A stretch of DNA of 64,000 nt from an uncultured Gemmatimonadales bacterium (lineage in GTDB: Bacteria > Gemmatimonadota > Gemmatimonadetes > Palauibacterales > Palauibacteraceae), in assembly GCA_963783385.1 (NCBI GenBank), contig CAWANJ010000009.1:640001-704000 (forward strand). The letters are read 5' to 3'. Position 1 is the stretch's first letter. Each line of letters begins with the position of its first letter. A program made the translations under genes and the position numbers. The notes beneath the pieces were generated by a model. It ran no database searches, had not been told where the DNA came from, and saw only the letters and a program-made list of their open reading frames with translations. Below are positions 62,797-64,000 of the stretch, piece after piece.

Positions 62797-63020
62797 CGCT
62801 TGCCGGTCTCCGGCTTCCCTCGTGATGCTGCGGCTCGATCCCGGATACGAAAACAGCCGGCGGAATCGATGACCCCGCCGGCCGTGGTCTCGCGCATGGT
62901 GTCGCCAGCCGTCGTACCGTGGCGATCTATAGTGTCTGGATCCCGCGAGGGTCCCTGCCGCGCCGGCGAAGCCGCATCATCAACCTTCAAGTTGCCTGCG
63001 GCGCGGGCCCCCCGCAAGCG
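62797..63020 (-). ncRNA. ssrS: Probable 6S RNA
   Basis: Canonical position after zapA; long-range pairing CGCTTGC/GCAAGCG and TGATGATGCGGCT/AGCCGCAGCATCA around an unpaired bubble; TTTTT just downstream. Confidence 0.65.
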
Positions 63021-63038
63021 CACCGGAACGGCGCGGGT

Positions 63039-63338
63039 TCAGCCCTCCAGCGCCTCCTCGATCCGGCTCCGGAGCTCGGAGGCGCGGGCCGCGGTGCGCG
63101 CATCCTGCCGCCGCGTGTGGTAGCGCAGACGGAAGAGCTCATCGGTGATCTCGAGCGCGGCCAGGATGGCGGCACGGTGCGGCTCGGAGACCCGGCTCTG
63201 GAGGTGGGCCTCCCGGATGGCCTCGTCCACGTACCGCGCGCAGGCCCTGGTGTACTCCTCGTCGGCCTCGGACCGGAGCGTATACTCGTCGCCGAAGATC
63301 TCGACCCTGACCGAGCTCTTGGCCGCCTCGTCGCTCAT
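63039..63338 (-). CDS. zapA: Cell division protein ZapA
   Basis: VRVEIFGDEYTLR..YVD..AILAALEITDELF. Confidence 0.9.
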   Translation of the reverse strand: MSDEAAKSSVRVEIFGDEYTLRSEADEEYTRACARYVDEAIREAHLQSRVSEPHRAAILAALEITDELFRLRYHTRRQDARTAARASELRSRIEEALEG

Positions 63339-63694
63339 GCCTCGTCCTCCATGAGGATGAGACGGCTCCGGATCCGCTGCGCGCGCTCGCGGCTCTCCTC
63401 GATCACCTGCCGCAGGCTACGGTTTTCGTCGGCTATCTCCTGGAGGCGAACCGCGATCTCTTCCGCGGCCATGCCCTCCAGGTCGGCGCCCTCCAGCGCA
63501 TCGGCCAGGCTGCGCTCGGTCGACTCGGCCCGTTCGGCCCGGGCCCGGAGCTCCACGTACGCCTCCAGCAGCCGCTCGACGGCCGCGCCGAGGCTGTGCA
63601 GCTCGGATTCGGGGTCGGGTCGACCCTCCCTGCGGCGCTCGGCCGCGGGGGGCGCGGGAGCCGTCTCCGGTTCAGGCCGATCGGACGCGGGCAT
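63335..63694 (-). CDS. Coiled-coil protein (ZapB-like)
   Basis: Heptad pattern; position between pheT and zapA. Confidence 0.6.
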   Translation of the reverse strand: MPASDRPEPETAPAPPAAERRREGRPDPESELHSLGAAVERLLEAYVELRARAERAESTERSLADALEGADLEGMAAEEIAVRLQEIADENRSLRQVIEESRERAQRIRSRLILMEDEA

Positions 63695-64000
63695 CGCAGC
63701 GCTCCTCGAGTCGGTGGATGATCTGCTTCAGCGCGCTCTCCACCTCCGCGTCTTCCAGCGTACGGTCCCGCGCCCGGAAGCGAAAGCGGAAGGCCAGGCT
63801 CCGCCGTCCGCCCTCGACACCCTCACCCTCGTAGACGTCGAACAGCCGCACATCCTCGAGCCACTCCGGCGCGGCTTCCCGGATGACCGCTTCGACCTCG
63901 GCGGCCCGGGTGCTCGCCGGCACCGCCAGGGCCAGGTCGCGGGGTACCGCCGGGAAGGTCGAGAGCGGATGGTACGGCGTCGGAGACGGAAGCTCGACGG
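63672..64000 (-). CDS. pheT: Phenylalanine--tRNA ligase beta subunit, C-terminal FDX-ACB domain (partial)
   Basis: FPAVPRDLA, LFDVYEG, SLAFRFRFRARDRTL. Confidence 0.93.
   Translation of the reverse strand, partial: VELPSPTPYHPLSTFPAVPRDLALAVPASTRAAEVEAVIREAAPEWLEDVRLFDVYEGEGVEGGRRSLAFRFRFRARDRTLEDAEVESALKQIIHRLEERCDARVRSA

Noticed and set aside
1-64000. Widespread pseudogenisation or programmed frameshifting (udg, yicC, pepA, fadL, VPS10 protein, hypF, both RNDs, padR, xseA)
   Set aside because: The shifts are single-base, often in G/C runs, and hit conserved genes, and I noticed no in-frame stops. Long-read indel error is the simplest explanation; read-level polishing would decide.
1-64000. 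CRISPR arrays, integrase or prophage genes, retron/DGR reverse transcriptase
   Set aside because: I saw no regularly spaced repeats and no such protein motifs. The 48215/50187 repeat pair shows mixed, largely synonymous-position differences rather than adenine-specific DGR variation.

Overview
Very GC-rich bacterial chromosomal window, probably Gemmatimonadota (inferred from gene content and the small Gemmatimonadota-type proteins). Many genes, including conserved ones, are split by single-base frameshifts, which fits long-read indel error better than pseudogenisation. The left end is a housekeeping block (udg-coaBC-rpoZ-gmk-yicC, pepA, icd, citrate synthase). The middle holds metabolic and envelope genes: rocD, ETF-QO with two acyltransferases, DmpA peptidase, a Zn/Mn ABC transporter, FadL plus an SGNH hydrolase, an S46 peptidase, an HD-GYP/lipoprotein/HAMP-kinase triad, a VPS10/BNR protein, a lone hypF and a J-domain protein. 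The right end is a housekeeping block (pheT-zapB-like-zapA-6S RNA-rny-folD-xseA-xseB-ispA-NAD kinase-recN). The most notable region is the ~18.5 kb between tRNA-Cys and tRNA-Leu. A PadR module precedes a tandem array of 6-bladed beta-propeller lipoprotein genes, most of them translationally coupled, which runs into an MFP-TolC-RND-RND operon. The array shows turnover: one paralog appears to have had its middle replaced by a lower-GC cassette (own promoter, a new propeller, a CxxC protein), and its leftover 3' end is split by an IS630 element.
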